IMG/VR virus record: IMGVR_UViG_649989997_000001
Coordinates: 1-64,000 of that record
DNA length: 64,000 nt
Source of the DNA: a virus
Lineage: Duplodnaviria; Caudoviricetes
Direction: 5' to 3' (one strand)
The notes beneath the pieces were generated by a model that did no database searches, was not told the origin of the DNA, and saw only the letters and a list, made by a program, of their open reading frames with translations. This document shows, piece by piece, positions 7,738 through 18,252 of the stretch; position 1 is the first letter of the stretch; each line of letters starts with the position of its first letter. A program made the translations under genes and the position numbers.

Positions 7738-9312
7738 TCACGGTGTATATACAGACGGTGTCATCCCCTGGGGGACGCGCCAATGATTCATCGCCAAGCG
7801 GGAGATCAGAGCACTGGCTGCATCGAACTGCCATGTGCCTACGCGCCGAAAGCCGTAACGCTCCAAGCAGCGGATCTGCTTGGGTGTGGCGAGTCCTTCC
7901 TCCTGCCGCCGTTTCAGACGGTCGATGAGGAGCGAGGCAAGCCCAGCATTTCCCACGGTGTCGGGCAGGATGCCACGTTTTTCCAAAAAGGAAAGCTGCT
8001 TTTCAGACGGCGGTCCCATTTCCCAAGGGAAGGTCGGTGCATAGCTAGTGAGATCCTCGGCGGCGATGGAGAGTGCATACTGGATGGGATCGACGAGTTT
8101 TTTCTTCTTGCTCCGCATCGCGGCAAGCTCCCGCGCCAATGCTTCCTCCCGTTCACGCATCACGTCCCGCTCCGCATCCTCTTCGGCTTCGAGGATGTCC
8201 ACTTCCTCGTCATTTCGGAGGTTTTCATCCATCATTGAGGCGATCTTCGCGTCCTTGGCAATGAGAGACGACGGTCTGCAGAGGTCGTGACGCTCCGTCA
8301 GCCATAGAAAATCCAGCAGGAGCAAGTTCTCCTTGCCCGGAAAGAGCCGCATTCCCCGTCCCACCATCTGCTGATAGAGGCTCCGCACTTTGGTGGGGCG
8401 CAAAATTACAATGCAGTCCACAGCGGGACAGTCCCAACCTTCTGTAAGGAGCATGGAGTTGCACAGCACGTCGTACATGCCATGCTCAAACTCTGCGAGG
8501 ATTTTCGAACGGTCATCGCTCATGCCGTTGACTTCCGCCGCCCTCATGCCGATGTCATTCAGCATCCGACAGAACTTCTGCGATGTGGCGATGAGCGGCA
8601 GAAACACCACGGTCTTTCTGCCCCTGCAGTAACGCCCCATCTCGTCTGCAATCTGATGGAGGTACGGCTCCAAGGCGCAGCCGATGTCCGCTGCGCTGTA
8701 ATCCCCGCCGGAGATACCCGCCTTGCTGATATCCAGCTGCAGGGGAATCATCCGCGCCTTGACGGGAGAGAGATACCCCTCCCGGATGGCGCGGCTCATG
8801 GAATACTCGTAAGCCTGTGAGTCAAAAAATGTGCCGAGCGTCTGCTTGTCTCCACGGTCGGGTGTTGCCGTTACTCCGAGGACATTGGCATCCGGAAAAT
8901 GCGCGAGCACACGCTGATAGCTCTCCGAGAGTGCGTGGTGCGCCTCGTCCACGATGATGTCCTGAAAATAATCCTGCGGAAACATCGAAAGCCGCTTTTC
9001 TTGGCAAAGGGACTGCACCGATCCTACTGTCACGGAAAAGAAACTGCCGAGGCTGCGGTTCTCTCCCTGCTCAAATGCTGCATCAAGTCCCGTGAGCATC
9101 TTCAGCTTGTCAGCGGCTTGGCTGAGAAGTTCCCCACGATGCGCCATGATGAGGACTCTGTGTCCCAACTTCACTTGATGTTCTGTCACCGAGGAAAACA
9201 CAATCGTCTTTCCGAGCCCTGTGGAGAGGACGAGGAGTGTCTTGCGACGCCCCTCGCTCCACTCGGACAGGATTGCCTGTTTCGCCTCGACCTGATACGG
9301 TCTAAGTTCCAC
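7738..9312 (-). CDS. DEAH-box SF2 helicase
   Basis: TGLGKT, DEAHH, TATP, QMVGRG motifs. Confidence 0.92.
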   Translation of the reverse strand: MELRPYQVEAKQAILSEWSEGRRKTLLVLSTGLGKTIVFSSVTEHQVKLGHRVLIMAHRGELLSQAADKLKMLTGLDAAFEQGENRSLGSFFSVTVGSVQSLCQEKRLSMFPQDYFQDIIVDEAHHALSESYQRVLAHFPDANVLGVTATPDRGDKQTLGTFFDSQAYEYSMSRAIREGYLSPVKARMIPLQLDISKAGISGGDYSAADIGCALEPYLHQIADEMGRYCRGRKTVVFLPLIATSQKFCRMLNDIGMRAAEVNGMSDDRSKILAEFEHGMYDVLCNSMLLTEGWDCPAVDCIVILRPTKVRSLYQQMVGRGMRLFPGKENLLLLDFLWLTERHDLCRPSSLIAKDAKIASMMDENLRNDEEVDILEAEEDAERDVMREREEALARELAAMRSKKKKLVDPIQYALSIAAEDLTSYAPTFPWEMGPPSEKQLSFLEKRGILPDTVGNAGLASLLIDRLKRRQEEGLATPKQIRCLERYGFRRVGTWQFDAASALISRLAMNHWRVPQGMTPSVYTP

Positions 9313-9327
9313 TTGCTTGTCCTCCCA

Positions 9328-9828
9328 TCAGAACGGAATGTCCGCCGCGCTGACGGGAATCCCGCCGAAGTCCGCAGAGTCCTCGACCGGAAAGAACTTC
9401 TCGTCATAATCGTAGAAGCGATCCACATCGTTGGTCTGTTTCTCATTGCCATCCCGGTCGGTATATTTGCGGGGCTTAAAATGCGCCCGTCCCTTGGCAC
9501 CTTCGAGATTGTTCCAGTTCATCGCCAGCCTCTCGCCGTGCTTCTTCCTGCCGATGCAGCGAAAGAACGCTGAAATGCGCCACTCCACGAGGCGGTTCAA
9601 AATAAGGTCAGTACGAACGCTGGCGACGCCCTGCTTCGTTTCCACCTGCAGGGTAAGCGTAGCTTTGTTGCAGGCCTGCATCTTGGCGCTCCCCGGAAAA
9701 CGCCCCCGCTCAAAAGCGGACACCACGAAGTTGTAATCCCCTTCGGGCAGGAGAATGAATTCCTGACCATCGCTTTCAATGGTGTCAGTCCAATCCATAC
9801 CCACGTTGTTATTGATCGAATCTGCCAT
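9328..9828 (-). CDS. DUF669-like putative ssDNA-binding protein
   Basis: LPEGDY motif; acidic tail ending DIPF; follows Sak4-like ATPase. Confidence 0.65.
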   Translation of the reverse strand: MADSINNNVGMDWTDTIESDGQEFILLPEGDYNFVVSAFERGRFPGSAKMQACNKATLTLQVETKQGVASVRTDLILNRLVEWRISAFFRCIGRKKHGERLAMNWNNLEGAKGRAHFKPRKYTDRDGNEKQTNDVDRFYDYDEKFFPVEDSADFGGIPVSAADIPF

Positions 9829-9843
9829 GATGTATTTCCTCCC

Positions 9844-10845
9844 TTAGCCTTTTGCCTTGCGGCTTTGCTGAATGATGTCAAAAATCTGATCCCAGTAGCG
9901 GATGACGTAGCCGTACAAAAACTCGTCGGGGTAGGCGTCAATCGGGGTCTCCACTGAGTATTTCCCACGCGCGGCGACCACCTGCCGCACCTCCTCCTCG
10001 GTGACACCCTTCTCCTTCAAAATGCTGTGAAACACATCAACAGCGCTTTCTTCCTCCGGCAGGTTCTGCTGCTGCGGTGCCGGTGTCTCCTGCATTGCTG
10101 TCTGCGTGACGATTGTGGCTGCCGGAGTCTGCCCCCACGAGAAGATATGAGCGATGTGTTTGTAGTCCAGATCCAAGACTTCCGGCAGCGGCACGCGGCT
10201 CTTCGCGTCCCATGCGGGATGGTGGGACGTGTACATGACACGCTTGCCGCCCTGTGCCTTCTGCGTGTTGTTCTCCGAGGTGACCACAAAGGTCTGGTAG
10301 TTACAAAAGAGCAAAATGTCGCACCATTCTTTAAGGAGCGGCGCTACCTGCTTGCTGAGTTTCATCTCCCAGCGGTCGTATGCCCCCATCTCGTCCGGCT
10401 GTTCAAACTTCCGCATCTTGGCGTGTGCCGTGACCACCACATGAACTCCAGAAGTCAGAACCATATCCAATGCGCCGAGAAGCCGCGAAAACTCCTCGCC
10501 CAAATAGGTATACCCCTTGCCGTAGCCGAAAGACTCGATGGAGTTCTGCTTGTACTTTGTGCAGAGGTAGCTGACGATCAGCTGCTCTGCCCAATCGGCG
10601 GTATCCAGCACCAACGTCCTGCACACATCCTTGGTCGCTGCCACTTCCTTGAGCACGGAGATCATTTCCTCCCACGACTGCGGCTTCTCGATGCGGCGCA
10701 CATCCATGTGCGCTGTTCCGCCCTCGGTGTCGATGAAGAGCGGATCGGGGAATCTAGCGGCAAGACCGGACTTTCCGATGCCCTCAGAACCGTAGATGAC
10801 CACCTTTTGGGCGCGGTCAATTTTCCCTTTGGTGATGTTCAGCAT
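9844..10845 (-). CDS. AAA_24 ATPase (Sak4-like recombinase)
   Basis: YGSEGIGKS, IDTEGG, LDTADW motifs. Confidence 0.8.
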   Translation of the reverse strand: MLNITKGKIDRAQKVVIYGSEGIGKSGLAARFPDPLFIDTEGGTAHMDVRRIEKPQSWEEMISVLKEVAATKDVCRTLVLDTADWAEQLIVSYLCTKYKQNSIESFGYGKGYTYLGEEFSRLLGALDMVLTSGVHVVVTAHAKMRKFEQPDEMGAYDRWEMKLSKQVAPLLKEWCDILLFCNYQTFVVTSENNTQKAQGGKRVMYTSHHPAWDAKSRVPLPEVLDLDYKHIAHIFSWGQTPAATIVTQTAMQETPAPQQQNLPEEESAVDVFHSILKEKGVTEEEVRQVVAARGKYSVETPIDAYPDEFLYGYVIRYWDQIFDIIQQSRKAKG

Positions 10846-10863
10846 TGCGTATCTCCTTTCTGC

Positions 10864-11379
10864 TCACTTAATCCGAAGACTTCGTCCTCTCGCCTCCAAG
10901 TGGGCGCCGGGAACTTCCTCGCCGCTGCTCAGAGCTTCATAGAGTGCCTCGCGGTTCACGTCCTTATGCTCCGGCACGGTGATGAGATAGGCGTCCGGGA
11001 TAAGGGCGGCATCGTCAATCTTGAGGGGCTGTTTGCCGCCGTTCTTCTGAACACTCATGACACCGTACCTCGTGGGAACTTTGGTTTTCCCCATCGCATC
11101 GAGGTTCTGCCGGTATCACTCCTTGATACGTTTGATGCGGTTCTCTAAAATCTGCCGCTGCGCTTCAAAGCGTTTCTCTTCCTTGCTGTATGCCTCCGCA
11201 TACGCTTCCAGCGATTTGATGAGCGCGATGCCGTTCGCGCATTTCTCCTCAAGGGCGCACTCGATGGACTGCAGCCCCTCTTCCAAAAGCTCCAAATCCA
11301 TCGACTCGTCCAAGACGAGGTCGAAGAGCGCGTTGAAACCTGCGGCAAACTCATAAAGCGGTCGTGCCGGCATAAGCAT
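10864..11379 (-). pseudogene. Siphovirus Gp157 family gene with one in-frame TGA
   Basis: ORFs 11116..11379 and 10864..11094 are in frame, reading KRIKE*YRQNLDAMGK; VPGAHL..SLRIK C-terminus. Confidence 0.8.
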
Positions 11380-11563
11380 TCTCCTTTCTCTTCTCGAAGA
11401 TGGCTACCTCGTCCACGGAGTCTCCCGGCACGATAACCGTGAGCTTCACGGGACAGCCAAGGAAGAAGCGAAGCAGACGCTCCCGCACCGTGAGCCGGCG
11501 GCAGGCCACGATCCCACCATTGGTGCGCTCCTTGGAGACCTTGATGTTGAGTGTGTGATGCAT
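11351..11563 (-). CDS. Hypothetical phage protein
   Basis: AAAGGA RBS; overlaps next gene; VIVPGDSV motif. Confidence 0.7.
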   Translation of the reverse strand: MHHTLNIKVSKERTNGGIVACRRLTVRERLLRFFLGCPVKLTVIVPGDSVDEVAIFEKRKENAYAGTTAL

Positions 11564-11641
11564 CTCGATTCATCCTTTCCGAAGGGCGATTTGATGTTAC
11601 CCTTCACCTAAGAGCCACGGGAAATGCAAAACTTCATGGTT

Positions 11642-12136
11642 TCATAGAAAATTTTTCTTGTCAGGCAAGAATTTCCTGAGCCGCTGATAGATGCGCCGCA
11701 TCCGCTCCGATATGGTGCTTTCCAATACGCCCTCCTGACGCGCAATCTCCGACTGGCGCACGCCTTCCCAAAATACGCGCCGCAGAAGCTCCCGTTGCTG
11801 CGGACGAAGCTGCGCAATGGCATGATGAAGCTCCGAATAATCCGCGCCGAGCAAAGCCGTCGGCACATCGGGCATGGCATCCGCCCTCCGGCGGTCAAGA
11901 TCGTCCGACGACAAGTGGACATGGCGACGCGTCTCGGTGCGATTCCTACGGAAAGTCGGAGCATTGACCTCGGCATCCAAAATCTCCTGTGCCGTGCGCC
12001 GCTGAACTGCGTTCTTGTCCTCGGCGGCATTCAGCCGCTGCCGATAGTCCGTCTCCACCATGACGGTGCATTCCTCCTCCGAAACTTCCAAAACAGTCGG
12101 ATGGAGCTTGTCTTCGTAATACAGAGCAATTTTCAT
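11642..12136 (-). CDS. Sigma70 region-4 (ECF-like) phage sigma factor
   Basis: L..AIAQL...QRELL..EG..Q.EIAR..GV HTH; RBS AAAGGA before ATG 12136. Confidence 0.8.
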   Translation of the reverse strand: MKIALYYEDKLHPTVLEVSEEECTVMVETDYRQRLNAAEDKNAVQRRTAQEILDAEVNAPTFRRNRTETRRHVHLSSDDLDRRRADAMPDVPTALLGADYSELHHAIAQLRPQQRELLRRVFWEGVRQSEIARQEGVLESTISERMRRIYQRLRKFLPDKKNFL

Positions 12137-12320
12137 GGTCGTGTCCTTTCCGCCTTGGATGCGGGCGGCAGGAACACAAAAGGCCGATGCACGCGATGTA
12201 CACCGGCCTCTTTCGCTTGAAGATGGGCGCAAAAAGTCACGGTGGAAACACCGAAGTGCCAATACTGCTCGCGCAGTTCGTCTCTTCGTGCGTTCCCGCC
12301 GCCCCTAATGGCCATCTCAA
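12137..12320 (-). ncRNA. Putative structured cis-regulatory leader RNA of the sigma gene
   Basis: Alternative stems covarying with 63744..63908. Confidence 0.55.
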
Positions 12321-12630
12321 GGCATTGAGAAATTTACAAGATTTACAATTACGGCTTGTGAATGTTCACATTCACATAAATTCCATTAACAAAAATGTAG
12401 ATTTTTCCCCCTTACTGCTGATATAGCTTTACTGTCTGCGCACGCCAGTCAAGCCACGGGCTTCCGTGACGTTGGTCGACTCTCAATAGTGACTGCATTA
12501 TTCAAGCACCAACCTCCTCCCCTTGAGCCTCGGCTTCATGAGTGCCGAGGAGTTAGATGGAATCCAAGACGCTAATCTCGGCGAAGATGCTTTCTGATAT
12601 AAAATTTATCAAAAGCCCATCAGAGACATG

Positions 12631-12742
12631 CGGATTGTCAGTCCGAATTTTGAGCGAAAAATAAGCTCCACAGTCATAGATGTCACCATCTGTGGCTATG
12701 GAGCTTTACAACGCCTACAAAAATAGCCGGACTCTCAGTCCG
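12631..12742. promoter_or_regulatory. Two palindromic operators flanking a terminator hairpin
   Basis: CGGATTGTCAGTCCG (12631) and CGGACTCTCAGTCCG (12728); hairpin at 12663..12706. Confidence 0.55.
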
Positions 12743-12762
12743 ACCATTTCTGAAAATAATTT

Positions 12763-14714
12763 TTAAGCAACAATTTTCCCCCATGTTCGATACCCCTCAG
12801 CTTTTAGCTGGGTGTTGCAGAATGCCAGCGTGTCCATGAAGTGATGTTGTATAAGGTAGTGACCGAAAAATCCTTCCTCATCATCGGGAAAATCATTTTT
12901 TGATTTTTTTATCAAATCCATACTCAGAATAGGATGCAAATGCATTCCGATGCATAATGCACAAACACTCTCAAGAGATACTCGCGTCTCATCATTTCTA
13001 AGCTGACTAATGTAATCCTCTGATAATCCTGTCCTGATTGCCAATTCCATATTGGTAAATTTGCCCCGTCGGTTTGTTCTTGGATTATATGCATCCAATC
13101 TCTTCATGTGGGCATTTAATGTTCCCGAGAAGGAGTTGGGTAAGTTTCGCAGAATTTGCATCACGCGAATGCCCTCTTCTTTTAGCTTTTGCCGTTCAAC
13201 TGCTTGCTCTTTTTTGTCCTGCATATCCTCCTCATCGATATTACGTGTTTCGCTAAAAGATGCCGCATTTATATTTTGGCTCAGATAGCACATATTGTAA
13301 TAATCACCAGAACTTTTGTTAAGCTCATAGTTTCTGTTGAATTTCAAACAGCATTCATCAACATGCTCCAACCCATACTGTGTAAGTTCATAACCTTTAT
13401 CTTCACCCAGATATTTTACATATTTTTCGTCGTTGATGCAGACGAGATAGCCGAGATAAACAAATGCTTCACTCTCAAAGAGAGCCGCGAAAGATTCAGC
13501 CTCATCGTAAAGCCGCTCAAAATTCTTCTCGTCAAGCAAAAAAGTCTGATATTCACCGAGTGCATCAGGATTGAACACATACGGATACTTATAGCCCCCG
13601 TTTACATATAAAAAACTCCCCTCTGCACATTTGTATCCAAGCTGCAAGGCACGTAATTTTGCTTCATAGCGCGAAACACCGAAACACTTCGCAACACTTT
13701 CTAAAGCATTCTCCATAACATCCCCAGTGCGACGATAAGGCGTAGAATATTTTTCTTCAATAATCTTCGGAAAAATATCATCAAAATACACGCGTGGCAT
13801 TAAAATTCGGAGGGCAAGGGCATTAGCCTGCCATTCTGCCCACCAGACAGCCTTTTCCACACCCTGCAATGCTTCTGGTGTCACATCCGGCGACACTTTG
13901 CATGACAGGTTTGTCTCCTCCTGATTCAAGAGCGCCAGAATCTCGAAGAACTTCTGGTGTTTTTCCCAATGGATGATTTCATGGGCTATCGTATTGAGTG
14001 GGCTACCCAATTCCCCCATAAAGGAGCGTTTTTTACTGATGAGCATCGTTCCTGGTCGAAGTTCCTTTTCGACGGATTCCGTTCTATCATATAAGCGTGG
14101 ATAAAAAACCTCTCATCTACAATTTCTGTAGACTTGCGAAAATACATCCTGCCGAATTCGTCATCCGGCAAATCCGCTTGATAGAAGTCAATCCCCATCT
14201 CCTGCAAAAGGTGATCCACAGGAAAACACCACATATCATAAATGGCATTTTGACAGTAAAACGCTGTGAAATCATCAGCGATGTCTTCCAAATCCTCAGC
14301 GTAAATATATGGGATGAGATACTCATCCAAAGCATCTTCTTTGTCGAACTTCCCACCGAAATACTCCTCGGTATCTAGAACCATCATATCATGGAGACCA
14401 TTTTTTAGCTTTGCCTGTACTGTGATCGTGAACCATCTCGTTTTACGATCAGCCTCATATTTTTCTGTCCCGAGCCCAAGCAATACAATATCTGCCAAAA
14501 GATTGATTTCAATTTTGATGAGCGGCCCTACATCATCATGGCAAATCAGCGTTTTGATTTCGACATTTTCTACCTTTTGTTTGCATAGCGACAGAACATT
14601 TATGGAATGAAAGCCCATACCATCATGGGACTGATTCACGAAGGCTGATATTTCCTGCTCCAATATATTTATATAATTCGCTTGGAGATAACTCTTAAAA
14701 TCTGTGTATGCCAT
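12763..14714 (-). pseudogene. ImmA/IrrE metallopeptidase + XRE HTH protein split by a 1-nt frameshift
   Basis: HEIIH zinc motif and C-terminal HTH in 12763..14046; N-terminal part in another frame; one extra A at the A6 run 14103..14108 joins them. Confidence 0.75.
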
Positions 14715-14782
14715 CTGTCTTTCTCCCTCTTCCATGATAAGAAAATGCCGGAACCGCAATAAACAGCTCCGGCAGTCGGCCA

Positions 14783-17692
14783 TCAATAATACTGCTCAAT
14801 ATAGCCATAAGCCTTGTCGAATACTTCCTTGTCCTTGATTTTGTATTTCACCCAGACGACGCTGCGCAAAGCTTTCTTGACCTCCTGCTTGCCGGCTGTC
14901 GTGTTCTGCCAGCCATCGAAGCGGACAATCTTCACAATGCCGTCAATATCCATAACAATACGCTCCACGATGACAGGGGTATTCTGGTTTTTGACACCAT
15001 TGAAAAGCTCTGTGAGTGCGGCTTTGCCCTTATCGACTTCTTCCTCCGGCACAACTTCTTTTTCAACCTGTGCTGCCTCTTTCGCCATTTCGAGTAGGTG
15101 CTTCAGGAACTCGATGCTGGTGATAAGACCTTGCTCATGCTTTTCGCGTAGTTTTTCCAGCCGCTCTCCTAGTTCGATAAACTTTGGGTCATTGCCGTGC
15201 TTTTTGATTTTCGCCATCAAGTCGATCTCCATGTGCTTCGCCGCTGCTTTCGGAGTCTTGTGCTTTGCAATGAAGTCATCAATCAAATCCGCCGAGAGAG
15301 ACAAAATTTCCTCGTCCTCGTGGGTATGCCCCACTTCCAGATTTGAATGGACGATTTCCATGGTCTTGGCTCCCAAGGCCGCCCAGATCAGTGCGCCGCC
15401 ATTTCCCACAGGCTTGACGGATTCATAGACCTTGGTGAGCCACACATAGTCCATGCGATACGGTGTCAACACGGGGTCAGGAGACAGCGCATTCCAAGCA
15501 CGGTTCAATACACCATAATCAGCAGCGAACTGATCCTTCTCCTTGTTGGTGGGAATGCACTCCTGTGCTGCCATCAGCCCCTCCCAGCCGTCCACAGTAC
15601 GATCAACACCCATAAAATAACTGAGACATTTTTTTATGAGCGCCGGGATTTTCTTCTTGACCTCCTCGATATTGGTGACAATTTTCTTCATACTGGACTC
15701 ATCAAAATTGAGCGCTTTCGCCACATTGTCGAAGATGCCGATGTAGTCCACGATAAGCCCGAAGTTCTTTCCTTCATCATAGGTTCGGTTCGTGCGGCAG
15801 ATCGCCTGCAACAGCGTATGGTCTTTCATGGGCTTATCGAGATACATGACTTGGAGAATCGGTGCATCGAAGCCCGTCAAGAGCTTTGCCGTCACAATGA
15901 CGATTTGCAGTTTGTTGCCAGGATCGCGGAAGTTGTCGAGGACTTTTGCTTCCTCGTCCTTGGAGCGACGATAGGCTTTGTATTCGTCGGCTTTGTCATT
16001 GTTGGTATCCATGACAATGGTCGAGCATTCAGCGCCCAGCAGTTTATCCAGCTCCTTCTTGTATTGCAAGCAACAATGACGGTCGTAGACCACCACTTGT
16101 GCCTTGTAACCGTTCGGACGGATTTTCTCCGTAAAATGCTTGGCGATGTGGGCACAGACTTTATGTATGCGTTTCTCGTCGTACATAATCGCCTGCATAT
16201 TGACCCGCTTTGAAAGCTCTGCCTTGTCGGCCTCACTCAACCCCTCGGTCAGCACATCGAACTCTCTGTCCATCGTCTCCCTGTCAACCCTGAGGTCAAT
16301 AGGTACCGGCTCAAAATTGAGCGGTAATGTTGCACGGTCGCGGATGGAGTCAGAAAAGGAATACTTACTCATGTAGCCGCTGCGGTCTTCCGTTGCGCCA
16401 AACGTAGCAAACGTATTCTTATCGAGGCGGTTGATGGGCGTTCCCGTCAGACCGAAGAAAAATGCATTTGGCAGAGCCATACGCATTTTAACCCCCAAAT
16501 CCCCTTCCTGCGTTCTGTGACACTCATCCACCATAACGATAATATTATCACGGAGCGAAAGCTCTCCTTCCACCTCCTGAAAGCGGAAAATCGTGGTAAT
16601 GATGATTTTTCGGATGTCCATACGGAGTTTTTCCATGAGCTCTTGACGGGTGGATGCCGACTCCAAGTTTCCTACGTCGGACGCATGGAACTGTGCGGTA
16701 ATCTGGGATTCCAAATCCAATCGGTCGTCCACAATCAGCACCGTAGGATTCCGCAAATCCGGCAGCATACGCATCTTCACGGCAGCAAATTCCATAAGAT
16801 AGGATTTCCCCGAACCTTGGAAATGCCAAATAAGCCCCTGCTTAGGGTAGCCTACCCGAACACGGTGAATCATCATATTAGCGCCCTCGTACTGCTGGTA
16901 TCGGGCGATGACCTTGTATTTGCGATGTTTGCTGTCCGTGGCGTAAAGCGTAAAGAACTGGAACAAATCCATGACCTTGTAGGGAGTTATCATATTCTCC
17001 ATGCTGGTCTGAACAGCCACCAGACTCCCGTCTGACTTATCATCTGTCGTGTGCCACGGCCCCCACTTGGCTGCGGGCATACACACCGAACCATAGCGAT
17101 AGCGTTTGCCCTCGGTGGCAAAGTTAAAGACATTGCAGACGAACATCTGCGGAATGCTTTGCTCATAGGCATTGATGTCCATTGCTCCATCCAGCCAGCT
17201 GATCGAGGCGCGAACGGGAGTCTTTAGTTCTCCTATGACAAAAGGAAATCCATTCACCAGAAGAACAATATCCAGCCTCTTGCCGCCCTGCTTCGTTGGG
17301 TATATCCATTGATTGGTGACAACATAACGATTCTTGTCGCTCATGCCGTTGATTTCTGTGCCAAAATACTTGATGGATGTGTACTGGTTATCCTCACCAA
17401 AGGGAAACGTATTCTCCTCAAAAACCATGGCCTTGAAGCGTTCATTTTGCTCCACAAGATTATCGGCATTTGTAGTAGCAAAGAGCCGCCGCAGTTTGAT
17501 AAGCACCTCATCGGCACGAGAAGTGTCCTCGGCGATCTCCGGGTTAAGCGCGATGAGAGCCGAACGCACCATCTCTTCTTCAAAGGGATCGTTTTCACTG
17601 CGGGTGAATTCTTCCGGCGGCACATACTCCCATCCGATTTTGGTAAGGGTGTCGATAATCATCTTTTCCGTAGTATTGTCTTCATTAAACAT
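14783..17692 (-). CDS. hsdR: Type I restriction enzyme R subunit
   Basis: RLDIVLLVNG..IGELK nuclease, QGSGKS, DECHR, TGTP, LTGFDAP. Confidence 0.95.
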   Translation of the reverse strand: MFNEDNTTEKMIIDTLTKIGWEYVPPEEFTRSENDPFEEEMVRSALIALNPEIAEDTSRADEVLIKLRRLFATTNADNLVEQNERFKAMVFEENTFPFGEDNQYTSIKYFGTEINGMSDKNRYVVTNQWIYPTKQGGKRLDIVLLVNGFPFVIGELKTPVRASISWLDGAMDINAYEQSIPQMFVCNVFNFATEGKRYRYGSVCMPAAKWGPWHTTDDKSDGSLVAVQTSMENMITPYKVMDLFQFFTLYATDSKHRKYKVIARYQQYEGANMMIHRVRVGYPKQGLIWHFQGSGKSYLMEFAAVKMRMLPDLRNPTVLIVDDRLDLESQITAQFHASDVGNLESASTRQELMEKLRMDIRKIIITTIFRFQEVEGELSLRDNIIVMVDECHRTQEGDLGVKMRMALPNAFFFGLTGTPINRLDKNTFATFGATEDRSGYMSKYSFSDSIRDRATLPLNFEPVPIDLRVDRETMDREFDVLTEGLSEADKAELSKRVNMQAIMYDEKRIHKVCAHIAKHFTEKIRPNGYKAQVVVYDRHCCLQYKKELDKLLGAECSTIVMDTNNDKADEYKAYRRSKDEEAKVLDNFRDPGNKLQIVIVTAKLLTGFDAPILQVMYLDKPMKDHTLLQAICRTNRTYDEGKNFGLIVDYIGIFDNVAKALNFDESSMKKIVTNIEEVKKKIPALIKKCLSYFMGVDRTVDGWEGLMAAQECIPTNKEKDQFAADYGVLNRAWNALSPDPVLTPYRMDYVWLTKVYESVKPVGNGGALIWAALGAKTMEIVHSNLEVGHTHEDEEILSLSADLIDDFIAKHKTPKAAAKHMEIDLMAKIKKHGNDPKFIELGERLEKLREKHEQGLITSIEFLKHLLEMAKEAAQVEKEVVPEEEVDKGKAALTELFNGVKNQNTPVIVERIVMDIDGIVKIVRFDGWQNTTAGKQEVKKALRSVVWVKYKIKDKEVFDKAYGYIEQYY

Positions 17693-18250
17693 GAGCTACT
17701 CCTTCCTAATTGGTCAAATTTCGATTTGTCGGCTTGTTCAAATAGCCGCTCAAACTCTATTTGCAATTCCATCGGAGGAACACTAATCTTTAGGGGAGAA
17801 ATGTCTTTGTTGTTGAGCTGGGGAACAGTAGAGCCGTTATACAAACTTCCTAAGTCCATACTCATAAAATAGCTATACAGATAGGTTGTGCGAATATTAT
17901 CTTTAGGCAAGACCCCCATAATATTGAGATCACAACAAGTATCATGTACCAGAATCCTTTTCTTATTAGTTGCTATAGCTGCTCCTCTTTTAGGAAAAAT
18001 CACAGAGCCTTTTTGAAGAAAGGTGTTTCCTGCGTTTTTTCTGCTAACATACCTTGTTGAAGTGTTTATGTAGATGCTGTTTTGAGGTAAATTCATATCT
18101 GATACTTTGATATAGGGTATAGCACCATCGTCAGTTTCCATATCTGTCGAAAGGGTTGTACCACTTTTCAAAATACATTCATCGCCTATTGTGCTAACTG
18201 AAAACAACGGATTTTTGCTATCCCCGAACAATTCAACAAATTGTGATTGA
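17659..18250 (-). other. Silent half-hsdS (single TRD) cassette
   Basis: Starts FQSQFVELFGD right after the integrase stop, with no RBS; ends EQADKSKF; typical TRD motifs. Confidence 0.85.
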
Positions 18251-18252
18251 AA

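Noticed and set aside
11116-11118. TGA recoding (selenocysteine or alternative genetic code)
   Set aside because: TGA is a normal stop for many genes here; a single Trp-to-stop change or sequencing error is simpler
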